Origin: Candidatus Hopanoidivorans cymbastelae
GTDB taxonomy: Bacteria; Actinomycetota; Acidimicrobiia; Acidimicrobiales; Hopanoidiivorantaceae
Direction: 5' to 3'
DNA: 64,000 nt
Assembly: GCA_028283145.1 (NCBI GenBank)
Contig: JAPYNY010000066.1
Coordinates: 2,171 to 66,170 of the forward strand
Shown: piece by piece, positions 9,678 to 17,924 of the stretch
Layout: each line of letters starts with the position of its first letter
Position numbering within the stretch: position 1 is the first letter of the stretch
The notes under the pieces: model-generated
What the model saw: the letters and a program-made list of their open reading frames with translations, nothing else
Databases searched by the model: none
What the model was told of the DNA's origin: nothing
Made by a program: the position numbers and the translations under genes

Positions 9678-11483
9678 ATGACGTTTTTTCATACTTTCTG
9701 GTGGTTAAACTTGATTAAATCATTACATCTGCTAGCAATGTCCATCACTTCTGATACCGAGGCTGCAAACGTGGATATCGGAGATACCTCCGAAATTGAT
9801 GCTAGTCCCAAGGCTAGTTCCCCGTGGAGTTGGCTAGCCAGGGCAATAGTCGGACTCATTGGAGTTGGCGCAGGCCTTACGGTCGGTGAAGTTGCTGCCG
9901 CGGCATCAACCAGAATTCCGTCTCTGGTAATCGCTATTGGCGACACCATCATAGACAGCACGTGGGTGCCTTTCTGGTTGCGCCGATGGAGTATTGACCA
10001 GTTAGGGTCGGCTCAAAAGCCAGCTTTGGTGGCAGGGGTGGTCATCACTTCATTGATTGTAGGAGCTATCTGCGGGGTGCTTGCCAGACGATGGATTTGG
10101 CTGCCAGGTGCCGTGTTGGTGGTGTTCGGCGTTGTTGCTGGATTGTCAGCAGCCGACAATCCAATGTCTTCAGCGGCTTGGTCGGGCTTTACTGCTGGAC
10201 TGGCTACGGCCATCGCTATTGCCATGTTCTATTATCTGCTGTCTGTCATTCCCGACCCGGCGCGTCTGGCCAACCAACCCGTTGTCCACCAGCAGCGGCT
10301 GATGCGAGAGGAGCGACGGCGTTTTTTGGTTATCACCGGAGCCGTTTCGGTGGCTTTTTTGTTTGCCAACATCTTGAGCCGAGCCCTAGCCAGACAGGTA
10401 GATGTGGAAGCTTCACGTGCTGTAGCAGTTGATTCCATCAGCCAAGCCCTGGCTTCCCAGTCCAACCCATCAACCAGCGTCCCGACTTCCACCACCGCCG
10501 CCAACTCGCAAACTCCAACTTCTACAACTGATGCTCCCACTACGACGACAACCGTACCAGAAGCGGTTGAGTTGCCAGCCAACCTTGACGACATTCAGGG
10601 CATTTCTCCGCTGATTACCCCCAATAACAATTTTTATCGCATTGACACGGCTTTGGTAGTGCCACGGCTGACTGCTGAAGCGTGGAAACTTTCGGTCACA
10701 GGCATGGTGGACAATCCTCTGGAGTTGGATTTCAACCAGTTGTTGACCTACCCGTTGGTAACTGAGCCCGTGACGTTATCTTGCGTCTCCAACCCAGTAG
10801 GAGGCAGCCTAGTGGGCAATGCTGTTTGGACGGGAGTGCGCCTAGCGGACGTGCTGGAAGATGCAGGGGTCCAACCTGGCGCCACTCAAATTTCTGGCCG
10901 GTCGGTTGACAACTGGGCTAGCGGTTTTCCCACGGAATTGGCCTTTGACGGCAGGGTTGCCATGATCGCGGTAGCCATGAACGGCGAAGCACTGCCAGCC
11001 CGACACGGTTTCCCTGCCCGTCTAGTCATCGCTGGGCTTTATGGATATGTGTCGGCCACCAAATGGCTCTCAGAGATTCACCTCACTACCTGGGAGGGCT
11101 TTGACAGCTACTGGGTGCCAAGAGGCTGGGCAAAAGAAGGCCCCATCAAAACGCAGTCTCGCATTGATGTGCCCCGAGGAGACAACGCGCTTTTGCCTGT
11201 TGGCGAAGTGGCTATAGCTGGGGTGGCTTGGGCCCCCCATCGCTCAATCAGCCGGGTGGAAGTGCGCATTGACGGCGGGGATTGGGCAGATGCCGAACTC
11301 AGCCAAGAGTTGTCAACTAGTTCTTGGCGACAGTGGGTGCATTACTGGCAGTCAACTCCGGGCAGGCACAGCGTTGCTGTAAGAGCTACTGACGGTAATG
11401 GCGAAACCCAGACGCAGCAGCGTTCCCGCCCAGCCCCCAGTGGAGCCACTGGCTGGCATACCAAGGTTTTCAGAGTTGCCTGA
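9678..11483 (+). CDS. Membrane-anchored molybdopterin-dependent oxidoreductase (sulfite-oxidase fold)
   Basis: N-terminal multi-TM region, Thr/Pro linker, then FYRIDT, LSCVSNPVGG (Mo-ligand Cys context) and NGEALPARHGFPARLVIAGLYGYVSATKW. The start is uncertain (ATG 9738 is an alternative). Confidence 0.75.
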   Translation: MTFFHTFWWLNLIKSLHLLAMSITSDTEAANVDIGDTSEIDASPKASSPWSWLARAIVGLIGVGAGLTVGEVAAAASTRIPSLVIAIGDTIIDSTWVPFWLRRWSIDQLGSAQKPALVAGVVITSLIVGAICGVLARRWIWLPGAVLVVFGVVAGLSAADNPMSSAAWSGFTAGLATAIAIAMFYYLLSVIPDPARLANQPVVHQQRLMREERRRFLVITGAVSVAFLFANILSRALARQVDVEASRAVAVDSISQALASQSNPSTSVPTSTTAANSQTPTSTTDAPTTTTTVPEAVELPANLDDIQGISPLITPNNNFYRIDTALVVPRLTAEAWKLSVTGMVDNPLELDFNQLLTYPLVTEPVTLSCVSNPVGGSLVGNAVWTGVRLADVLEDAGVQPGATQISGRSVDNWASGFPTELAFDGRVAMIAVAMNGEALPARHGFPARLVIAGLYGYVSATKWLSEIHLTTWEGFDSYWVPRGWAKEGPIKTQSRIDVPRGDNALLPVGEVAIAGVAWAPHRSISRVEVRIDGGDWADAELSQELSTSSWRQWVHYWQSTPGRHSVAVRATDGNGETQTQQRSRPAPSGATGWHTKVFRVA

Positions 11484-11539
11484 TAGCAGTGAAGAGCCGG
11501 CTGGCTGATATGGAGCCAGCCGGTGTGCCTGATTGATTG

Positions 11540-12373
11540 CTAATCTCTCCGACGCTCGTTGACTTTTGATGCCGTCCAACGGGCGAGCGGCGTTGGCACC
11601 ACATCCAAGAATGCTGTCATGACTTTGTTGACTCCGCCAGGCACGCACAAAGGGTCATGTCTATCAACTGCCTTGATGGAAATCTCGGCCACTTCATCGG
11701 CCGACATCCACGCCATGTTGGGTATGTCTTCCACATGTTCTTCTCCGTCAGAACGTTCGTGCAGCTCAGTGCGGGTGACACCGGGAGCCACTGCGCAAAC
11801 ATGCACCCCGCTTTCCTTCAGCTCGGCATACAGACCTTGGCTGAAGCTAGTTACGAAAGCCTTGGTAGCCCCGTAAGTGGCTTCATAAGGCAACGGCAAA
11901 AATCCCGCAATGGAGGAAATGTTCATCACTGCTCCATGTGAGCGCGCTACCATCTGTGGAACAGCAGCGTGAGTCAACTCCACCAGAGCTAGAAGATTGA
12001 CGCTGATCATCTGTTGGAGGTCGGCTTGTTTCATCTCAACAAAAGGGGTGAAATTCCAAATGCCGGCGTTGTTCACCAGCAAGTCTATGGGCAGGCTTTT
12101 TGACCTAACGCGCTGAGCTACCGACTTACGCTGGGTGGCCTTTGAGAGGTCGGCAATTAGAACCTCAGTTTCAACTGGCAGCTTGTCGGCAAGCTTCTCT
12201 AGACGCTCCTGGCTCCTGGCAACCAACACTAGGTTCATCCCCCGCTCTGCCAGCTTGTGTGCCAAGCTCAAGCCGATACCGCTTGAAGCTCCCGTAACCA
12301 AAGCCCAAGCACCAGGGGAAATCACCTGTCGCCCTTGGTGGTGCCTCCTATGCAGAAAATCATTAATAGCCAT
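11540..12373 (-). CDS. Short-chain dehydrogenase/reductase (SDR)
   Basis: TGASSGIG cofactor motif and YEATYGATK (YxxxK) catalytic motif. Confidence 0.85.
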   Translation of the reverse strand: MAINDFLHRRHHQGRQVISPGAWALVTGASSGIGLSLAHKLAERGMNLVLVARSQERLEKLADKLPVETEVLIADLSKATQRKSVAQRVRSKSLPIDLLVNNAGIWNFTPFVEMKQADLQQMISVNLLALVELTHAAVPQMVARSHGAVMNISSIAGFLPLPYEATYGATKAFVTSFSQGLYAELKESGVHVCAVAPGVTRTELHERSDGEEHVEDIPNMAWMSADEVAEISIKAVDRHDPLCVPGGVNKVMTAFLDVVPTPLARWTASKVNERRRD

Positions 12374-12432
12374 ACTGCAAGGCTACCAAAGCCTGCAAAT
12401 CGGTTAGCAGCAAGTGCGTTGGCCAGGTCCTT

Positions 12433-13179
12433 CTACCTGGGCTGTGTGCTCTTGCCTCCGTGCACTGTGGGTTCACGACACCACCGGTCGCGTATCACCT
12501 CTGGCCAATCCATGATCTCCTCAGGCTGGGCGAGCATCCTCACAAAAACAGCTTCATCCAAACCGATGCGTGTTGGGTCTAGATATGCTTCGTTAGCTGG
12601 CAGGAATTCTTTTTCCCGAAATTCTTCAAAAATGGCTTGAGCCGTTGCTAACTGCTCTTCTGTCAGAGATCTATGGTCTAACACCTTTAGCTCTGGAAGG
12701 CGGGAAATGGTTGTTATCGACCTTCCAATTTGCTGGCGTGAGCCATGCAGCCAGCGGATTAGCAACCCTAAAGTTGTATTGCTCCAGAGCACGACTGGAT
12801 AAACCCATTCCATTTTCTCCGTTGGAGCAGGCGGTTTTGCTTGGTTGTTGTTCTTAGGATTGTTATTTTCATAAAGTATGTAATTTGGCCAGGCTCTTCC
12901 GCCAATGCATCTTTCTTCTGTCAAACAAGCAGCCAACGGCTGTGAGCCAAAACCCAAATCAAGTGAAAAATGTAACCGTGTAGCTTTTGCCCAAATGCCA
13001 ACTGCCTTCTGATTCAGGCCCGGCCGAACTCGGCCTTCCTTATCGGGTGCTACAATCAGCTTCTTCTCGTTTTCAGCCTTGTGCGCCCACAACATCGGAA
13101 AATGCACTTTTCCAATCGGTTTAGGTGCTGCTTTGAATGAGGCATAAGGTATGCTGTCGTGGTCTCGCTCGGTGACACT
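12433..13179 (-). pseudogene. 5'-truncated gene fragment (orphan C-terminal ~248 codons); possibly the tail of a large restriction-modification-type enzyme
   Basis: The track ORF starts at GTG 13107, but the frame stays open upstream to a TAG at 13180-13182 (SVTERDHDSIPYASFKAAPKPIGK-VHFPMLWAH...). There is no plausible start or RBS, and nothing coding lies upstream for ~600 bp. The link to an RM enzyme is inference only. Confidence 0.45.
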
Positions 13180-13777
13180 CTAAAAAATCTGCGTTATCGT
13201 GCGTACTTGGTCACAGGTACGCACATGAGCGGTACTCATCTGTGAGTAACATAAACCCACATCTACCATTACAGGCCATAGAACATCTCCATCTCTACCA
13301 AGCTAACCAAAACTATAAGCCAGGGTGTTGTCGTGCCTCTGTTCAATAACTCTGGCTACTACGTTTCACTTACGGAACCTTAACTTGATGCTTTTTGTGG
13401 GTTGGTACTTATAGTATTACGTTGCCTGCTAACTGACTCCTTCACCACACCTAGCAACTCAAGGAGGTTATAGTGTCTGAATGCTTCACAGGTCCGGCGC
13501 ATCATATATCATGCCGATTTTTGCGTGGTCTCTAAATCACTGGTTAATGCTCTGCCGGGTCACCTACTTTTAGGTTTACGACTATCATATAGACAGCCAC
13601 CACCCACTTGTGATCTCCAGATTTTGATAATTCCATCATAATGATTTTTTGAGCAAAACCCCAGCTCCACATCTACTTGCACGCAGAACAAACCAACTCA
13701 ACTACCTATCAACTGATTCACAAATCAAGGCCAATACCCCATAATTTACACAGCATCTAACAAACACACTTCTATAA

Positions 13778-14638
13778 TTAGTCTTGTGCAAGCAACTCGT
13801 TAAGTTCGCAGGCAGATCTTTGAATATCATAAATACGTATTTGTTCTGCAGAATGAGTACTAAATTCTTCACGTACCGAATTGCAAATTTTTTCAGCTCT
13901 ATTTGAGCATTGCTGAATACTATATACTTCACAAATGTGACTTAATTCTAACCATAAAATTTCTATATCCGATTGATTCTCCGATTCAAGAACAATAAAT
14001 TTACTATCTGATGATATTACATTTTTGTTATCTTTTGCAGCTTCATCAATTATAAAAAAATTCATTATCTCAGCTAATTCTCGAAGTTCAAAAAATGTTT
14101 TACTTTTAATTTTTTCTGAATTGAAGTCAAAAAAGCCAAATAACCTATATACATCACGTTCAATACTTATAAAATCCAAACTGTAGTGTTCATGTATTAT
14201 ATATCTCAATTCACCAACCTCTGCTATATGAGCAGCTTTGCAAATAAACTCAACGGTAGCACGCCTTGCTGATGGATCCACTGGATGATTATGTACAACA
14301 TGACGGCAAAAACTAAGAGCAAAATCAGCACATTTTGACTGTCGACTTAATATTCTAGAAGAAACCCAACGGTTCCTATTATAGTGAGTCTCTTTACATG
14401 CTTCAATAATTGTCTCTATATAATTGATATCTTCGTCATTTAGAGTATCAATGGAAGGTTGTTCATCATTATTGCCTAAGCTTATTAAAGCAAAAAATCC
14501 CACAACAAAGCTTACGAAAAAACAAACGATGGATATAGAAATTACTACAGGGCGAAACAATTGCCTGCTTCCTAATTTTTCTTGACTAAGCCAATCCTGC
14601 TCAATCCCATATAGAGGCATTTTACTGTTTTGCTTCAT
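13778..14638 (-). CDS. AT-rich island protein A: N-in single-pass membrane protein with two Cys-rich extracytoplasmic domains (domain A + domain B), unknown family
   Basis: A 286-codon ORF in ~25-30% GC DNA is very unlikely by chance. TM segment PVVISISIVCFFVSFVVGFFALISL. Domain A (~aa 60-190) is paralogous to ORF 15128-15718 and domain B (~aa 215-286) to ORF 14651-15124, each with 4 aligned Cys. Confidence 0.7.
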   Translation of the reverse strand: MKQNSKMPLYGIEQDWLSQEKLGSRQLFRPVVISISIVCFFVSFVVGFFALISLGNNDEQPSIDTLNDEDINYIETIIEACKETHYNRNRWVSSRILSRQSKCADFALSFCRHVVHNHPVDPSARRATVEFICKAAHIAEVGELRYIIHEHYSLDFISIERDVYRLFGFFDFNSEKIKSKTFFELRELAEIMNFFIIDEAAKDNKNVISSDSKFIVLESENQSDIEILWLELSHICEVYSIQQCSNRAEKICNSVREEFSTHSAEQIRIYDIQRSACELNELLAQD

Positions 14639-14650
14639 AAGTTTAAATTA

Positions 14651-15124
14651 TCAAGAATTACTAGAGCACGCATTTATGTGTGGGGTCATATCATAGAGCA
14701 TATTATAGAAAAGCCTGGTTTGATGGGCAATCCAAATATCATAGCAAATATCATTTTCTTTAAGCTGCTCAAGCAGTTCAACATATGGAATCCATAAAGA
14801 ACAAGTTGAATCTTTAATATTTGCAATTCTCTGCATAGTTAAATGACTGATATTTTTTGTACTACCATCCCATTGACATATCTCGCCGGTCTTATGATGA
14901 CAATTTTGCTCAGAAAAGAGCTCATAGTTTTGGCAGATTGATAATAATTGCTGCCACATAATCTCTATTTCAGTTTCTCGAATATTCCAGGCTTTGGACT
15001 CAATTATGTTATTTCCTAAAGCTCGTTCATTACCCTCTATCTGATTATCAGCCTTCTGACAACCTATCAAAATTATTGATGATAGCAAAGTGATTATACA
15101 ACAAAGAAACTTAAAGGTATCCAC
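14651..15124 (-). CDS. AT-rich island protein B: predicted lipoprotein carrying domain B only, unknown family
   Basis: Signal peptide with canonical lipobox LIGC (MDTFKFLCCIITLLSSIILIGC). EIEIMWQQLLSICQNY..C..EIC aligns with DIEILWLELSHICEVY..C..KIC of protein A. There is a 12-nt gap to the next gene. Confidence 0.65.
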   Translation of the reverse strand: MDTFKFLCCIITLLSSIILIGCQKADNQIEGNERALGNNIIESKAWNIRETEIEIMWQQLLSICQNYELFSEQNCHHKTGEICQWDGSTKNISHLTMQRIANIKDSTCSLWIPYVELLEQLKENDICYDIWIAHQTRLFYNMLYDMTPHINACSSNS

Positions 15125-15127
15125 TAT

Positions 15128-15718
15128 TCAGTCCTCTAATTGAACTGCGCTATATGCATTTACAGCAATATCATCAATGCTCTTTGTTAATTGTTTGAGT
15201 TTAGTATTTATTTCGCTCGAAATATGAGTGCTATTTACTTCCAATATACCAAATAGTACCTGAATATGATTTTCAATTGACTTACGATAGTGATCGAATT
15301 CTTTACCACGGCCACCATAATATTCTCGACCATACCGTGCAGCTAGAATATACCCTAAGTGGCTTGCCTCTATAGTATGCATAGCTTCACAAAAATAATT
15401 CTCAAGAGTCAGTTGTAGTTCATTTTTTTTAAGTAAATGGATATCCGTACTATTCATTACAGGGAGGCAAAAGCTTCGTATCAAGTAAAGACAATCTGTG
15501 CTTTCATGTAGACCTCTGCTCCAGTCTCTACGGCTAAAATTAGCTGCTTCTTCACATGCAGTGACAACACTGTCAATAGAAGCAATTTCTCTTTCGCTTA
15601 ACTCATCCAAAGAAATATCATCTCTTGCAGTCAATGAAAAAACTACTACTAGGCTAGTAGATGCCAATAGCATTATTGAAACTACCGTAATTATAAAGCG
15701 AAAAAGCTGCAAAATCAT
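15128..15718 (-). CDS. AT-rich island protein C: signal-anchored protein carrying domain A only, unknown family
   Basis: N-terminal hydrophobic anchor FIITVVSIMLLASTSLVVVF. Shared pattern with protein A: L..(E/D)I..I(D/E)..(V/I).AC.E ... R.W ... C ... SFC..V ... (F)C.A.H..E...L.YI. There is a 3-nt gap to protein B. Confidence 0.65.
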   Translation of the reverse strand: MILQLFRFIITVVSIMLLASTSLVVVFSLTARDDISLDELSEREIASIDSVVTACEEAANFSRRDWSRGLHESTDCLYLIRSFCLPVMNSTDIHLLKKNELQLTLENYFCEAMHTIEASHLGYILAARYGREYYGGRGKEFDHYRKSIENHIQVLFGILEVNSTHISSEINTKLKQLTKSIDDIAVNAYSAVQLED

Positions 15719-15736
15719 AAATTGATAATGGATTTC

Positions 15737-16159
15737 TCAAACTATGATATCCTCATTGGACACACCTAGTACTACATTTGCACCCTCTCCACCATCTATT
15801 ACATCTACTCCTGCATTGCCTCTGATAGTATCATCTCCTGGTCCCCCATAGATGATGTCATCCCCACGGCCTCCCCCAATCATATCTGCTCCCTCACCAC
15901 CGTCTATAGTATCATTATCTGCTTCGCCATGCAAAATATCGGCTCCATCTTCACCTTGCAGAACATCATTTCCTTGCCCACCATAGATCCCATCAGTGCC
16001 CACACCTCCATAAAGCATATGCACACCCCCCCCCACCACGTTTCTGCTACGCAAAGAAGACGGGCAGAGCGGCACCAGTGGCACCATGTTAGGAGAATCG
16101 CCCATCATCTCGCCCAGCGTGACCCTCTTTGGCATACTGGCAATGAGATGCGCAGGCAA
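15737..16159 (-). CDS. Mini RTX (hemolysin-type Ca2+-binding nonapeptide repeat) beta-roll protein
   Basis: Nine consecutive nonapeptides fit xGGxGxDx(I/L/V): YGGVGTDGI YGGQGNDVL QGEDGADIL HGEADNDTI DGGEGADMI GGGRGDDII YGGPGDDTI RGNAGVDVI DGGEGANVV. No signal peptide, and only ~10 aa follow the repeats. The start is uncertain (TTG 16159 or several internal ATGs). Confidence 0.6.
   Translation of the reverse strand: MPAHLIASMPKRVTLGEMMGDSPNMVPLVPLCPSSLRSRNVVGGGVHMLYGGVGTDGIYGGQGNDVLQGEDGADILHGEADNDTIDGGEGADMIGGGRGDDIIYGGPGDDTIRGNAGVDVIDGGEGANVVLGVSNEDIIV
16026..16034. repeat. Homopolymeric C9/G9 tract inside the 5' part of the RTX ORF
   Basis: The plus strand reads cacaCCCCCCCCCaccacg. On the coding strand it encodes VVGGGVH, immediately before the first RTX repeat and near the point where GC content changes. 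Confidence 0.9.
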
Positions 16160-16304
16160 CCCCGCTGAAGCGGATCGGACAGAACTCGGTCTGCCATGAT
16201 ACAGATTGTAGCAGACTTCAAAAGGCGACGTCGGCTGTTATAAGAAGCGACTTAGAAATCAAGTTCATGACATGCGGGACTCAAAGACCAGCATGCCCCA
16301 CCAG

Positions 16305-17831
16305 TTAGACCAGTCCCTCCACGAAGCGCTCCAGTTGCCGCAGGTTTCTGACTTCGTAAACGCCGTCGCAGTGGGTGGCGTATTCGGAGATGATGGAATC
16401 GCCTGTATCCCAGTATGATTTGGGCTCAGGATTTAGCCAAAACAGCTTGCGAGCTTTCTTGCGCAACTCCTTCAGCGTCCATGCTCCTGAAGCGTGATAG
16501 TTGTTGCGAGCGTCTCCCAACACCAAAACAGTGGTTTTTGGCCCGCAGGAGCGACCATACTCTTCCCAAAACACCCCCAAAGCATGACCATAATCAGAAT
16601 GACCATCTACCCAAATCACATCTGATTCGGTATTGACCCTGTGAATAGCCTCGGCAATGTCATCCGCCTGCTCAAAGAACTCCGTAACCTCATCTATCCC
16701 GTCAATAAACACAAACGACCGCACTTTGGTGAAGTGACTGGCAATGGCATACACCAAATGCAACGTAAACCGAGCAAACGACGCCACCGAACCGCTGATG
16801 TCGGCAATGATCACAATCTCAGGTTTGGACGGGCGGGGATAACGAAACTTGGGCTCAGCCGGCACGCCACCATAGCTCAGCGAGTGGCGAATAGTGCTGC
16901 GAAAATCCAACGGTCCCTTGCGGCCATGCCTGCGCTTGCGAGACAACCTGGCAGCCAACTTGCGCGTCAAAGGCACAATGGCCTTCCTCACTGCCTCCAT
17001 CTCCTCCCTAGTGGCATGCATAAAATCCACATCTTCGGGCAGAGGCTTGCGCAGCGTCTTGGCCATTGCCTCAGCACCTCGATCGGCCACTAACCGTCGC
17101 CGTATCTCGGCCTCCACCTCCTTGCGCAGTCGGTCAAGACGAATTTCAAACTCATCTCGCTCTAGACGCTCCTCCAGTGGCGTAAGCGGAGACAGCGCCT
17201 CCTGGCGCACAGTCTCCATCAAACGCTCCAACATATCATCCAACTCCAACCGGCGTAATGTCCTGAACAGATAGTAAGTGCCCCCCACAGGACGGCCAGG
17301 CTCCATATTGGCATAACGAATGACGGCTTGACGGGCTATAGCTGCCAGCAGAGCCTGATCCCCGTTCAACAAGGCACCATACAACAACTCCCGCAGCTCA
17401 ACGGCAGCAGCGTCGGATGAGTCCGTAGGCGGGCGCCCAGCGGTACCGGGCATATGTTGCATCTCTGCTGGAATATTCTCCCATCCCTCATCACCCGGCG
17501 CATACTCAGGGCCCCTGAGCGAAAAATAGACCTCAAACACCGTTTCAAAAGCTCTCCAATGAGCCTGGTTCTTCACCAAAGTAGCACCTAGCGCATACTT
17601 GAAATCCTCCCTGTTGTCAATCGGTATATGCGTTACAGCTTCCATAGCATCCAAGCTCTCTGTCAAGCTGACAGGCAGACCAGCTGCCCGCAACTCAGCG
17701 ATAAAGCCCCCTAAAAGCCCCAACAGCGGGGAATGAAGTCCAGACAGAGAAGACTGCAACCCCGACAGCGGAGAATTCAGCCCCGTAGAAATGGAACTTT
17801 CAAGCTCAGACTTGGCAATTGAATCAGACAT
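16305..17831 (-). CDS. VWA domain protein (CoxE-like), partner of MoxR ATPase
   Basis: MIDAS motif in VIIADISGSVAS within the C-terminal VWA domain. The long helical/charged N-terminal region is typical of CoxE-like VWA proteins, and the gene lies directly downstream of a MoxR-type AAA+ gene. Confidence 0.75.
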   Translation of the reverse strand: MSDSIAKSELESSISTGLNSPLSGLQSSLSGLHSPLLGLLGGFIAELRAAGLPVSLTESLDAMEAVTHIPIDNREDFKYALGATLVKNQAHWRAFETVFEVYFSLRGPEYAPGDEGWENIPAEMQHMPGTAGRPPTDSSDAAAVELRELLYGALLNGDQALLAAIARQAVIRYANMEPGRPVGGTYYLFRTLRRLELDDMLERLMETVRQEALSPLTPLEERLERDEFEIRLDRLRKEVEAEIRRRLVADRGAEAMAKTLRKPLPEDVDFMHATREEMEAVRKAIVPLTRKLAARLSRKRRHGRKGPLDFRSTIRHSLSYGGVPAEPKFRYPRPSKPEIVIIADISGSVASFARFTLHLVYAIASHFTKVRSFVFIDGIDEVTEFFEQADDIAEAIHRVNTESDVIWVDGHSDYGHALGVFWEEYGRSCGPKTTVLVLGDARNNYHASGAWTLKELRKKARKLFWLNPEPKSYWDTGDSIISEYATHCDGVYEVRNLRQLERFVEGLV

Positions 17832-17924
17832 AAGGCGAGCCTAGGGTTGGCTTATTGGCCTAGTGCTGGCTCAGGGTTGGCTTGGCGCATTCGGCGGGGA
17901 TCCATGAAGCTGCCCCCTTCAAGC

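Noticed and set aside
13180-16304. The AT-rich island as a classical mobile element (integrative element, IS or prophage remnant).
   Set aside because: I found no integrase, transposase or recombinase ORF, no adjacent tRNA, and no terminal inverted or direct repeats. Only the compositional argument for horizontal origin stands.
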